A stretch of 64,000 bases of DNA from Acholeplasmatales bacterium (GTDB lineage Bacteria; Bacillota_I; Bacilli_A; ML615J-28; CAG-313): assembly GCA_003539625.1 (NCBI GenBank), contig DPOU01000024.1:37865-101864 (forward strand). Direction: 5' to 3'. Position 1 is the stretch's first letter; every line of letters begins with the position of its first letter. Both the position numbers and the translations under genes were made by a program. Shown piece after piece: positions 37,807 through 50,581 of this stretch. The notes under the pieces were generated by a model. The model did not search any database. It worked only from the letters and a program-made list of their open reading frames with translations, and had not been told where the DNA came from.

Positions 37807-37844
37807 AACAACTAAATAATGAATAAAAAAAAGTGGTGATAAAA

Positions 37845-38951
37845 ATGCCACTTTTTATTTATACAGATAGTATAGAAAAAAATGTCGATGAAATAAGAAA
37901 ATATACAAATAGAAAAATAATTGCGGTGATGAAAAGCAACGCTTACGAATTAGGTAGTAAAAAAATAATTCCTATTTTAAGAAAAAAAGGAGTAGATTTT
38001 TTTGCTTTTGAAAAATGCAAGGAATATTTTGAAAACATTGAAGTTTGTAAAAATACTAATGTTTTAATAATGGAAAGTATACCAACTAATAAAATACTGA
38101 AGATTAACAATAAAAATGTGAGAATATCAATTAATTCTTGTTTAGATGCTTTCTACATAAGAAATCTTGAAATACCTTTAAAAGTCCATCTTCGAATTGA
38201 TTCAGGAATGAACAGATTAGGATTACAAACGATTGAAGAAGTAAAATGGGTATTAAATATTTTAAAAAAGAATAAAAATATTGAAATAGAAGGAATCTAT
38301 ACACATTTTTCTTCAGATGTCTATGAAAATAAATATTTTGAAAAGCAATATGAAACTTTTAAAAAATTCTTACAATTAGATAAATTTAAAATTATTCATG
38401 CTAATGCAACAAAAACACTAAATCATAAACTAATTGGTAATTATGTAAGAGTAGGTATGGGATTATATGGTTATCATCAACCATTTATAAAATTAACTCC
38501 TACGATTAGTTACAATGTAAGACCTTGTAGTTTGTTTTATCCTAAGAAAAACAAAAAAGTTGGTTATAGCCAAAAATATGTAAAGCAAAAAATAGGAGTT
38601 ATTCCTATCGGATATCATGACATAGATTTAACTAATATGTCAAAAATCTATTATAAAGGTAAAACTTTACCTTTAATTGGCACAAGTTGTATGAATCATA
38701 CTCACTTTAAGGCCAATGATGAAATTAATTATCTAAGTTGGTTGTCGATTTTTCCAACTAATGGTATAATAAATATAGCAAATGATTATAATTGGTACAA
38801 AATACTAGCATCACTAAGAGTTGTTCCCAAGAGTTATATAAGGAGAAATAATTATGACATTCCAAAAGTATTTAAATATTCAAAAGAAAAGGGCTCAAGA
38901 GTATTCGCTAGAATCAGAAGCAATCAAATTACTCGTATTAGAATTATCTAA
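37845..38951 (+). CDS. alr: Alanine racemase (divergent)
   Basis: AVMKSNAYELG (PLP-Lys), HLRIDSGMNRLG, GIYTHFS, RVGMGLYG, KVGYS and IPIGYHD motifs. The ATG at 37845 lies behind an AGTGGTGAT SD. The 3' end overlaps prmC by 98 nt. Confidence 0.75.
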   Translation: MPLFIYTDSIEKNVDEIRKYTNRKIIAVMKSNAYELGSKKIIPILRKKGVDFFAFEKCKEYFENIEVCKNTNVLIMESIPTNKILKINNKNVRISINSCLDAFYIRNLEIPLKVHLRIDSGMNRLGLQTIEEVKWVLNILKKNKNIEIEGIYTHFSSDVYENKYFEKQYETFKKFLQLDKFKIIHANATKTLNHKLIGNYVRVGMGLYGYHQPFIKLTPTISYNVRPCSLFYPKKNKKVGYSQKYVKQKIGVIPIGYHDIDLTNMSKIYYKGKTLPLIGTSCMNHTHFKANDEINYLSWLSIFPTNGIINIANDYNWYKILASLRVVPKSYIRRNNYDIPKVFKYSKEKGSRVFARIRSNQITRIRII

Positions 38952-39702
38952 TATGGATGGGGCAACTTTCTTTGCTAATTTAAACAAAGAAATACCTGAT
39001 GATTTAAAAGAAACATTAGACAAAGCAATTGATAAATACTTAATCGAAAAAATACCGGTACAACATATAATAGGTTATTCATACTTTTATGGTTACAAGA
39101 TGAAAGTAAGCGATCAAGTACTAATTCCTCGACCAGAAACTGAAGAACTAGTAGGTTACGTGTTACAATCCTATGACGAAGTGTTTGATGGCAAAAAGGT
39201 TGATTTAGTTGATGTTGGAACAGGTAGTGGCGCAATCGCAATAGCACTTTGTAAGGAAGAACCTGCTTTTAGGGTTAAAGCTACTGACATATCAGAAACA
39301 GCTCTAGAAGTTGCCAAAGAAAATGCCAAGCAAAATGATGCGCAAATTGAATTTTTAGTTGGTGATATGCTTGAACCATTAATAGCTAATAAGTACCGAT
39401 TTGATATTCTAGTATCAAATCCTCCCTATATACCAGATGATGAATATGTAGAAGATATTGTAAAAAACAATGAACCAAGTGTTGCTTTATTTGGTGGTAA
39501 AGATGGAATGCATTTTTATGAAATTATTTTAAGAGATGCTAGTAAGGTTCTTAATCCAACAAATGTAATCGCATTTGAGCATAGTTATAGTAAAAAAAAT
39601 GAAATGGTTGAACTTGCAAAAAAATATTTCCCAAAATCAGAAATTACTTCAATCAAAGATTTAAATGGAAAGGATCGCTTTACAATTATTGTAAATAGAT
39701 AA
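38854..39702 (+). CDS. prmC: Release factor glutamine N5-methyltransferase
   Basis: VLIPRPETE, DVGTGSGAIA and NPPY motifs. The N-terminal helical domain aligns in length with B. subtilis PrmC only from ATG 38854 (AAGGAGA SD). Confidence 0.9.
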   Translation: MTFQKYLNIQKKRAQEYSLESEAIKLLVLELSNMDGATFFANLNKEIPDDLKETLDKAIDKYLIEKIPVQHIIGYSYFYGYKMKVSDQVLIPRPETEELVGYVLQSYDEVFDGKKVDLVDVGTGSGAIAIALCKEEPAFRVKATDISETALEVAKENAKQNDAQIEFLVGDMLEPLIANKYRFDILVSNPPYIPDDEYVEDIVKNNEPSVALFGGKDGMHFYEIILRDASKVLNPTNVIAFEHSYSKKNEMVELAKKYFPKSEITSIKDLNGKDRFTIIVNR

Positions 39703-39704
39703 TT

Positions 39705-40280
39705 ATGAGAATAAATACATTTAATAACGTAAATAAACTTACTCTAAAAGGGAAAATAATTGCTTTCCCAACTGATACAGTATATGGTATCGGGGCATTA
39801 ATAGATGATGAAGTAGCAATCAAAAAAATTTACAATTTGAAAAAAAGAAATTTAAATAAACCACTTGCGGTACTTGCGGCAAGCATAGATGATATCTTAC
39901 CATATGTAGAAGAAATTAGACCAAATGTAAAAATATTGATGGAAAAATATTGGCCGGGAGCTTTAACAATCATATTTAAAAAGTCAGCCAAGACGTCACC
40001 ATCTGTAACTTGTGGCTTAGATACTATTGGCTTTAGAATTCCCAATGATGAAACTGCCTTAGAAATTCTAAAAAAAGTTGGTCCAATTGCAACTACAAGC
40101 ATTAATATTAGTGGTCAACCTCCTCTGAATGATTATCACGAAATTGAAAAAGAATTTGGTGATGAGATTGATTATCTATTTGAAAAAGAAGTAAAATCTT
40201 CAAATGTATCTTCAACGGTAATTGACTGTACTAGTGAAGATATTAAAGTATTAAGACAAGGTGAAATTATAATAAAATAG
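39705..40280 (+). CDS. tsaC: L-threonylcarbamoyladenylate synthase (YrdC/YwlC type, short form)
   Basis: FPTDTVYGIG, KKRNLNKPL and WPGALT motifs. Confidence 0.88.
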   Translation: MRINTFNNVNKLTLKGKIIAFPTDTVYGIGALIDDEVAIKKIYNLKKRNLNKPLAVLAASIDDILPYVEEIRPNVKILMEKYWPGALTIIFKKSAKTSPSVTCGLDTIGFRIPNDETALEILKKVGPIATTSINISGQPPLNDYHEIEKEFGDEIDYLFEKEVKSSNVSSTVIDCTSEDIKVLRQGEIIIK

Positions 40281-40329
40281 TAGAGTATAAACTGGAAAAA
40301 AATGGGCATAAATAAAAGTGGTGATAAAA

Positions 40330-40803
40330 ATGAAAAAGTTTTTAAGAATTGCTTTAACAATATGCCTATCTTTTTTTTATGTAATTTTTTTGTTTGGTTG
40401 TGAACAAAAAAGTGAAATGCGACTTAGAATTTTAGCTTCTTCCAATAGTGAAGAAGATCAAAAAATAAAATTAGAAGTAAAAGAAATAGTTTATAACTAT
40501 TTAAAAACAAATAATAAATTAAATGGTAATAATATAGACATTGAAGATTTAGAAAGTTATTTAAATCAACAATTTAAAAATAATGACATAAAAGTGACTC
40601 ATGAAAAGGTTAAATATGAAGCAAAAGCATATGAAGAAAAAATAATTCAAGCTGGTTACTATGATACAATACTAATAACAATTGATGAGGGAAAGGGAAA
40701 AAACTTTTGGACTTTGTTATATCCTGAATTCTTTGATATATCATTTGATGGCGAAAATGAAATAGAGTATCATAGCTATTTTTATGATTTGTTTCATAAC
40801 TAA
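40330..40803 (+). CDS. spoIIR: Stage II sporulation protein R
   Basis: Signal/lipobox-like LFGC, then LRILASSNSEEDQKIKLEVKEIV, which matches the SpoIIR signature (R.HV.ANSDS..DQ.LKL.VRD). The ATG at 40330 is preferred over the GTG at 40318. Confidence 0.75.
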   Translation: MKKFLRIALTICLSFFYVIFLFGCEQKSEMRLRILASSNSEEDQKIKLEVKEIVYNYLKTNNKLNGNNIDIEDLESYLNQQFKNNDIKVTHEKVKYEAKAYEEKIIQAGYYDTILITIDEGKGKNFWTLLYPEFFDISFDGENEIEYHSYFYDLFHN

Positions 40804-40848
40804 TATTCTAAATATCAGTATTAACGCATAAAATATATTGGTGATTTT

Positions 40849-41286
40849 ATGCAAGAATTAGAAGTAATCGTAGTTGAACAAGATTCTAATATAGCTAATA
40901 AAATAATGACTTTTTTAAAATCTATCGATACTATTGCAAGTGTAGAAGAAAACTTAATTACAAATGGTGTTGCTTTAAAACAAGAAGAGGATATTGTTGG
41001 TTTTATTACCTATGAAGAATATTCAGAATATGGGCTAATAAGATATTTTATATTTCAAAAACAAATAGCACTTGGAAAAGTAATTGAAATGTTTGATAGT
41101 CTATGTGACGTCGCAAGATTAAGAGAACTTGCTGGATTAATTTCAATAGGTAAAAATCAAGAAGTTATTGATTTATTTGAAAGTTTAGGGTTTAACAAAA
41201 TTGACAAAGAAAATTTCTTAGTTGGCGGGAAAACTGTCTATGGTACAGACTTAGAAAATGCTACAATTCTATTACACAAACTTTAA
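40849..41286 (+). CDS. Hypothetical small cytoplasmic protein (possibly GNAT-like/YwlB-position)
   Basis: 145-aa ORF with a GGTGAT SD. Sits where ywlB-type genes lie in Bacillus. No firm motif. Confidence 0.45.
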   Translation: MQELEVIVVEQDSNIANKIMTFLKSIDTIASVEENLITNGVALKQEEDIVGFITYEEYSEYGLIRYFIFQKQIALGKVIEMFDSLCDVARLRELAGLISIGKNQEVIDLFESLGFNKIDKENFLVGGKTVYGTDLENATILLHKL

Positions 41287-41427
41287 AAAGAGATTTGACC
41301 AAATCTCTTTTTTTAATGTGCCAAATTATAAAAGTAGATTCTAATTTTTTAATAGTAAAAATGAAAGCATAAATTTGAAAAATATTTAGAATTATGTTAT
41401 AATATTCAAGGTAAAGGAGTGAGTTTT

Positions 41428-41883
41428 ATGCGAATTGCTATTGGTTCAGATCATGCAGGATATGAATTAAAATGTCAATTAGTAAATTACTTGCAACATA
41501 ATAATGTAGAAGTTCATGATATGGGTACTTTCAATCAAGATTCCGTTGATTACCCAGATTATGCGGTGCAAGTATGTCAAACGTTAGCTAGAGATAATAG
41601 CGACTTTGGTATTCTTATTTGTTATACTGGTATAGGTATGTGTATGGCGGCAAATAAATTCAAAGGTATTAGAGCTGCTCTTGTTGATAACATTGACAAT
41701 GCAAAATTGACTAGAGAGCACAATGATGCCAATGTTTTATGTATGGGTGCTAAAGATGTTGATTTAGAATTGGCTAAAAAAATAGTAAATGTATTCTTAA
41801 GTTCAAGATTCCTAGGAGGAAGACATGAACGAAGAGTTGAAAAAATAATGAACATTGAGCGAAATGAAAAAAAAGAAAGATAA
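41428..41883 (+). CDS. rpiB: Ribose-5-phosphate isomerase B
   Basis: MRIAIGSDHAGYELK, CYTGIGM (catalytic Cys region), NVLCMG and GGRHERRV motifs. AAGGAG SD before ATG 41428. Confidence 0.92.
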   Translation: MRIAIGSDHAGYELKCQLVNYLQHNNVEVHDMGTFNQDSVDYPDYAVQVCQTLARDNSDFGILICYTGIGMCMAANKFKGIRAALVDNIDNAKLTREHNDANVLCMGAKDVDLELAKKIVNVFLSSRFLGGRHERRVEKIMNIERNEKKER

Positions 41884-42172
41884 CATTATACACGATATTA
41901 AGATTTATAATATTATTATGAGTAATGTTTGGAAACTAATTACATTCTTATTAATAGGGGTATTAGGTGGCTTTTTATTTGAACATTATTCAAAATATAA
42001 AGATTTTAACTATATGCTATTTTCAATCGTACTGTTTGCGATAATAGGAATTATTGATTTCTTTGTATCAATAGTTAGAGATAGCAAGAGACTAGAAAAA
42101 GCTGAAGAAAAGAAAAAAGAAAAGGAATTAAAGAAAGATTCTGATGAACAAAATGAAGAATCTGCTGAATAA
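41855..42172 (+). CDS. AtpZ-like small membrane protein (putative F0F1-ATPase-associated subunit); start uncertain
   Basis: Two TM helices (WKLITFLLIGVLGGFLF and MLFSIVLFAIIGIIDFFV) then a Lys/Glu tail. Sits immediately upstream of atpI. The track start overlaps the rpiB 3' end. Confidence 0.45.
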   Translation: MSEMKKKKDNIIHDIKIYNIIMSNVWKLITFLLIGVLGGFLFEHYSKYKDFNYMLFSIVLFAIIGIIDFFVSIVRDSKRLEKAEEKKKEKELKKDSDEQNEESAE

Positions 42173-42575
42173 TGATGATCGTCGCATTATTAAATTATCT
42201 TTTTTAGTAGTTTTAATAATAACTTTTATTGTAATTTTAACAAGCATATTTCTTTGTGTAATTGGGCATATTTCCGTTTTACATACTATATGGTTAGCAA
42301 TTAGTCCACTGCTTGGGTATCTAAGTAGTGTCATTTGCTATGTTAAAATTGTGATAACTACCAAAAAAGCAATTTCACGATTATCAGAAAGAGCAAGCAA
42401 AAAATTTATTTTTAACAATATTACAAATGTCATAATATACTTAATAGTTTTAGGATTATGTGGCTATATTTTTTGGCCTAGTATATTTTTGGCTTTCACC
42501 GGTATTGTTTGTCTTAAAATAATTATCATTGTATTATATGGAAAATATAGTAAGAAAGTTGGTGATAAAAAGTGA
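42144..42575 (+). CDS. atpI: ATP synthase protein I
   Basis: 143 aa, 4 TM, directly upstream of and overlapping atpB. Confidence 0.6.
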   Translation: MNKMKNLLNNDDRRIIKLSFLVVLIITFIVILTSIFLCVIGHISVLHTIWLAISPLLGYLSSVICYVKIVITTKKAISRLSERASKKFIFNNITNVIIYLIVLGLCGYIFWPSIFLAFTGIVCLKIIIIVLYGKYSKKVGDKK

Positions 42576-43288
42576 TAGAAGCCATTGATAAAATATTAGG
42601 ATTTTATAAAGCTCCTAATTTTGCAATTATTGTAGTTAGTTTGATTATCATCATCTTTATAATAATTGTTGGCGTAAAATTAAAAAAACAAGATCCTAAC
42701 AAACCTACAAAGGGAATCTTACTTGTGGCAGAAGCATTAGTTGATTGGACAAATGGTATGTGTAAGGGTGCTTTAGGTAGTAGATGGAAAGTATTTGCAC
42801 CATATGTATTGTTTGAAGCAATGTTCTTAGCTGTTGCTAATCTTAGTGGGTTATTAGGATTAACACCACCTACAAGTAATATTTGTGTGCCACTTGCTTT
42901 AGGCATCGTAACTGGCTTTATTATGCATATTGCCGCGATAAAATATAGCGGTTGGAAAGCATACTTAAAAGGATACTTAGATCCGATTGCTGTAATGTTG
43001 CCAATAAATATTTTTAGCGAACTAGTTACCCCAATCTCAATGGGATTAAGATTGTTTGGAAATATTTTTAGTGGAACCGTAGTATCTACGTTGGTATATC
43101 ATTTGTTTACTCAAGTGTTGAGTGTAACGATTAACTCTATTACGATTCCTTATGGAGCCGTATTTGCTCCATTTGTTACACCATTTATACATGCAATATT
43201 TGATGTATTTTTAGGTTTAATTCAAGTTTATGTATTTATACTTTTAACTGTAGTATTCATTGCGGGAAAAATCCCTGAAGAAGAATAA
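42572..43288 (+). CDS. atpB: F0F1 ATP synthase subunit a
   Basis: SMGLRLFGNIFSG with the essential Arg, 5-6 TM. GTG start overlapping atpI. Confidence 0.93.
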   Translation: MIEAIDKILGFYKAPNFAIIVVSLIIIIFIIIVGVKLKKQDPNKPTKGILLVAEALVDWTNGMCKGALGSRWKVFAPYVLFEAMFLAVANLSGLLGLTPPTSNICVPLALGIVTGFIMHIAAIKYSGWKAYLKGYLDPIAVMLPINIFSELVTPISMGLRLFGNIFSGTVVSTLVYHLFTQVLSVTINSITIPYGAVFAPFVTPFIHAIFDVFLGLIQVYVFILLTVVFIAGKIPEEE

Positions 43289-43308
43289 ATAAAAAATAGG
43301 AGGAAATT

Positions 43309-43596
43309 ATGAATTTTTTAAATGAATTATTTATGTTTTTAGCTATGAAAGGCTCTGACATTGGTGCTGGTCTTCATGACTTAGGTGCTGCTATCGGTGC
43401 TGGTATTGCCGTATTAACTGGTTTTGGTTCAGGTATTGGACAAGGTTTATCAGCTGGACTTGCTGCACAAGGTGTAAGTCGTCAACCAGAAGCAGTTAGT
43501 GAAATTCGTTCAACAATGATCATGGGACAAGCTGTTGCTGAAACAGCAAACATTTACGGTCTAATCGTAGCTATCTTATTAATATTCGTATTCTAA
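43309..43596 (+). CDS. atpE: F0F1 ATP synthase subunit c (Na+-type signature)
   Basis: GIGQG ... SRQPEA ... GQAVAETANIYGL. TAGGAGG SD. Confidence 0.93.
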   Translation: MNFLNELFMFLAMKGSDIGAGLHDLGAAIGAGIAVLTGFGSGIGQGLSAGLAAQGVSRQPEAVSEIRSTMIMGQAVAETANIYGLIVAILLIFVF

Positions 43597-43614
43597 TAAA
43601 AAGGAGAAAAATAA

Positions 43615-44184
43615 ATGGATAGTGGTTTATTAGCTGAAAAAATTGAAGATGTACTATATAGTGCAATTCCATTTTTAGATGAATCAAATCCTGATAAAGT
43701 TATTGATATGGCAATAACTTTTGGGCTACAACTACTAGCAACTTTGGTATTATTCTTAATAATTAGATTTAAATTTTGGAATGTAATTACAGGAATGATG
43801 GAAAAACGAAAAGCAAGCGTAGAAGAGGCAATAAGCGCTAAAGATGAAGCGTTAATTGAACTTGAAAATGCTAAAAAGGATGCTGAAGAATTAAAAGGTA
43901 ATTCAAAGAAAGAAGCTCAAATGATTATTGATGAAGCAAAAAAATCATCAGTTGTTGAAGCAAATGCCATTATAGAAGAAGCTAATCAAAAAATTCAAGA
44001 TGAATCTGCTCGTGCAAGAGAACAAATCGAAAAAGAACATCAAGAAATGCAAGATGGAATCAAAGATGAAATTGTTGAAGTAGCTTACGCAATCGCAGAA
44101 AAAATGGTTGGCCGTGAAATCAACAAAGAAAATAATCAAGACATTATTGATGAAGCCATTAAAAAAATGGATGATAACAAATAG
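43615..44184 (+). CDS. atpF: F0F1 ATP synthase subunit b
   Basis: Single N-terminal TM followed by a long charged coiled coil. Operon position. Confidence 0.85.
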   Translation: MDSGLLAEKIEDVLYSAIPFLDESNPDKVIDMAITFGLQLLATLVLFLIIRFKFWNVITGMMEKRKASVEEAISAKDEALIELENAKKDAEELKGNSKKEAQMIIDEAKKSSVVEANAIIEEANQKIQDESARAREQIEKEHQEMQDGIKDEIVEVAYAIAEKMVGREINKENNQDIIDEAIKKMDDNK

Positions 44185-44191
44185 GTGAACT

Positions 44192-48553
<4,362 letters not shown>

Positions 48554-48943
48554 ATGAAATTATCAATAGTTACTCCCAAAGGCTTAAGTTTTGAAGGTGA
48601 AGTTGATCACATTGTTGTTGATGGTGATAATGGACAACTAGCAATTTTAAAAAATCATATACCAATTGTTGTTTCAATAAGAGATGGTTTTGTTAAACAC
48701 GTTATTGATAACGAAGAATTATTTCATGTAATTTATGGTGGCTTGTTGGAGTTTAATGATAATGTTGCAACAGTAATTGCTCAAGAAACTGTTGCTGGAA
48801 AGACTTTAGAAGATGCTAAAAAATCTTTAGAAGAAATTAGGAAGAATCAGAAGGAAGCTAACAGAAAGTTTTCAATGGATTTCTCCGAAATGGAAAGAGA
48901 TTTAGCACTTAATTTAAAAAAAATTCAAGCATCTAAATTATAA
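48554..48943 (+). CDS. atpC: F0F1 ATP synthase subunit epsilon
   Basis: 129 aa with a beta-sandwich N-terminus (IVTP...G.LAILKNH). Abuts the atpD stop. Confidence 0.9.
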   Translation: MKLSIVTPKGLSFEGEVDHIVVDGDNGQLAILKNHIPIVVSIRDGFVKHVIDNEELFHVIYGGLLEFNDNVATVIAQETVAGKTLEDAKKSLEEIRKNQKEANRKFSMDFSEMERDLALNLKKIQASKL

Positions 48944-48951
48944 TAATATGA

Positions 48952-48978
48952 CTAACACTTTTCGTGTTAGCCTTTTTT
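48952..48978 (+). terminator. Rho-independent terminator of the atp operon
   Basis: CTAACAC-TTTTC-GTGTTAG followed by CCTTTTTT. Confidence 0.8.
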
Positions 48979-49091
48979 ATCATTCAAATAGCGTTTTCAT
49001 AAATATTAGTTAGTAATATAATAGACTTGTAAGTAAAAAAGTGATAAAATAATAATATCTTAATATGAATTAAATGGTGGAGTCTGTCAAC

Positions 49092-49116
49092 AAAAGGGCG
49101 GATAATGCCCTTTTTT
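49092..49116 (+). terminator. Terminator-like hairpin 22 nt upstream of the pyk start (possible attenuator or end of a short transcript)
   Basis: AAAAGGGC-GGATAAT-GCCCTTTTTT. Confidence 0.6.
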
Positions 49117-49138
49117 CATAGAAGAAGAGGTGTAAAAA

Positions 49139-50560
49139 ATGAAAAAAACAAAAATTATCTGCACGTTAGGACCTGCTTCACGTGATGAAAAGACCATTGA
49201 AAAAATGCTATTAAGCGGTATGAATGTAGCAAGAATTAACTTCTCTCATGGTACACATGAATATCATAAAGAAACTATTGACACATTTAGAAAAGTAAGA
49301 GATCGTTTAAACTTACCTGCTGCCGTAATGCTTGATACTAAAGGACCAGAAATTAGATTACGTGATTTTGAAGGTGGTAAAGTAACACTAAAAAAAGGTG
49401 AAGTGTTCACGCTTACTACTAAAGAACTAATGGGTAATAGTGAAATAGCAAGTATATCTTATAAAGATTTACCATCACAACTTACTAAAGGAAATAAAGT
49501 ACTAATTGATGATGGTAAAGTATCATTAGAAGTAATAGAAACAAATGATACTGATATCAAATGTAAAGTGTTAGTTGGTGGAGAAATCTCTAACCATAAA
49601 GGAATTAACATTCCTAATGTTCATCTTGATTTTGATTATTTAAGTGAACAAGATAAATTAGATTTACAATTTGGTGTAAAAGAAGATGTTGATTTCGTTG
49701 CGGCATCATTTGTTAGATCAAAAGATGATGTTGTAAAATTAAGAAATTACTTAGATTACATTGGTGGCAATAATATTAAAATAATTTCTAAAATAGAAAA
49801 TATTGAAGGTGTAGATAATTTTGATGAAATATTAAAATCATCAGATGGAATTATGGTTGCTCGTGGTGATATGGGTGTCGAAGTGGCATATGAAAAATTA
49901 CCAGGACTACAAAAGAAATTTATTCGCAAATGTTTCCAAGCTGGTAAAATGGTTATCACTGCTACTCAAATGCTAGAATCAATGATCCATAATAATACTC
50001 CTACAAGAGCCGAAATAACTGATGTCGCTAATGCAATATTTGATGGTACAAGCGGAATTATGCTTTCTGGTGAAACCGCAATGGGAGATCATCCTGCTAA
50101 AGTTGTAAAAACAATGGCACAAATTGCCGTTCAAGCTGAAAATGATGCCTTTGAAATGGGAGTATATGCTGGACTAAAATATGATAATGATGCGGATGAT
50201 ACAACTAATGCAATATGCGATGCTGCATGTACTACCGCAAAAGATTTAGATGCTAAAGCTATAATTGCTGTAACTAAATCAGGGTACACTGCACGCCGTG
50301 TTTCGAAATATCGTCCTCAAGAACCTATCATTGCTCCAACACCAAACTTAAAAACATACCATCAATTATCTTTATCTTGGGGTGTATATCCTGTAAAAGC
50401 AATTTTCCAAAACAATACTAACCTATTATTCGAACATGCTATAGCTTGTGCAAAAATGAATGGATATGTTCATGAAAAAGATAGAGTTGTTTTAGTTGGT
50501 GGAAAGACTGAACAAACCGATATTTTAAATGTACAAGTCGTAAAAAATCGTGTGAATTAA
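49139..50560 (+). CDS. pyk: Pyruvate kinase (no C-terminal PEP-utiliser domain)
   Basis: KKTKIICTLGPAS, MNVARINFSHG, MVARGDMGVE. Confidence 0.96.
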   Translation: MKKTKIICTLGPASRDEKTIEKMLLSGMNVARINFSHGTHEYHKETIDTFRKVRDRLNLPAAVMLDTKGPEIRLRDFEGGKVTLKKGEVFTLTTKELMGNSEIASISYKDLPSQLTKGNKVLIDDGKVSLEVIETNDTDIKCKVLVGGEISNHKGINIPNVHLDFDYLSEQDKLDLQFGVKEDVDFVAASFVRSKDDVVKLRNYLDYIGGNNIKIISKIENIEGVDNFDEILKSSDGIMVARGDMGVEVAYEKLPGLQKKFIRKCFQAGKMVITATQMLESMIHNNTPTRAEITDVANAIFDGTSGIMLSGETAMGDHPAKVVKTMAQIAVQAENDAFEMGVYAGLKYDNDADDTTNAICDAACTTAKDLDAKAIIAVTKSGYTARRVSKYRPQEPIIAPTPNLKTYHQLSLSWGVYPVKAIFQNNTNLLFEHAIACAKMNGYVHEKDRVVLVGGKTEQTDILNVQVVKNRVN

Positions 50561-50581
50561 ATAAAAATAAATGGAGATAAT

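Noticed and set aside
37830-37847. Identical 18-mer AAAGTGGTGATAAAAATG at 37830-37847 and 40315-40332 (possible dispersed repeat)
   Set aside because: It is an extended Shine-Dalgarno (GTGGTGAT, complementary to the 16S 3' end) plus an A-rich spacer and the ATG. Similar GGTGAT-N-ATG contexts occur at 2048, 40840 and 53161. This is a translation signal, not a mobile repeat.
38953-39702. Shorter prmC start at ATG 38953, which would remove the alr-prmC overlap
   Set aside because: The longer form from 38854 has a strong AAGGAGA SD. Its extra 33 residues are needed to match the usual length of the PrmC N-terminal helical domain before the PVQHIIG motif. The short start has no SD.
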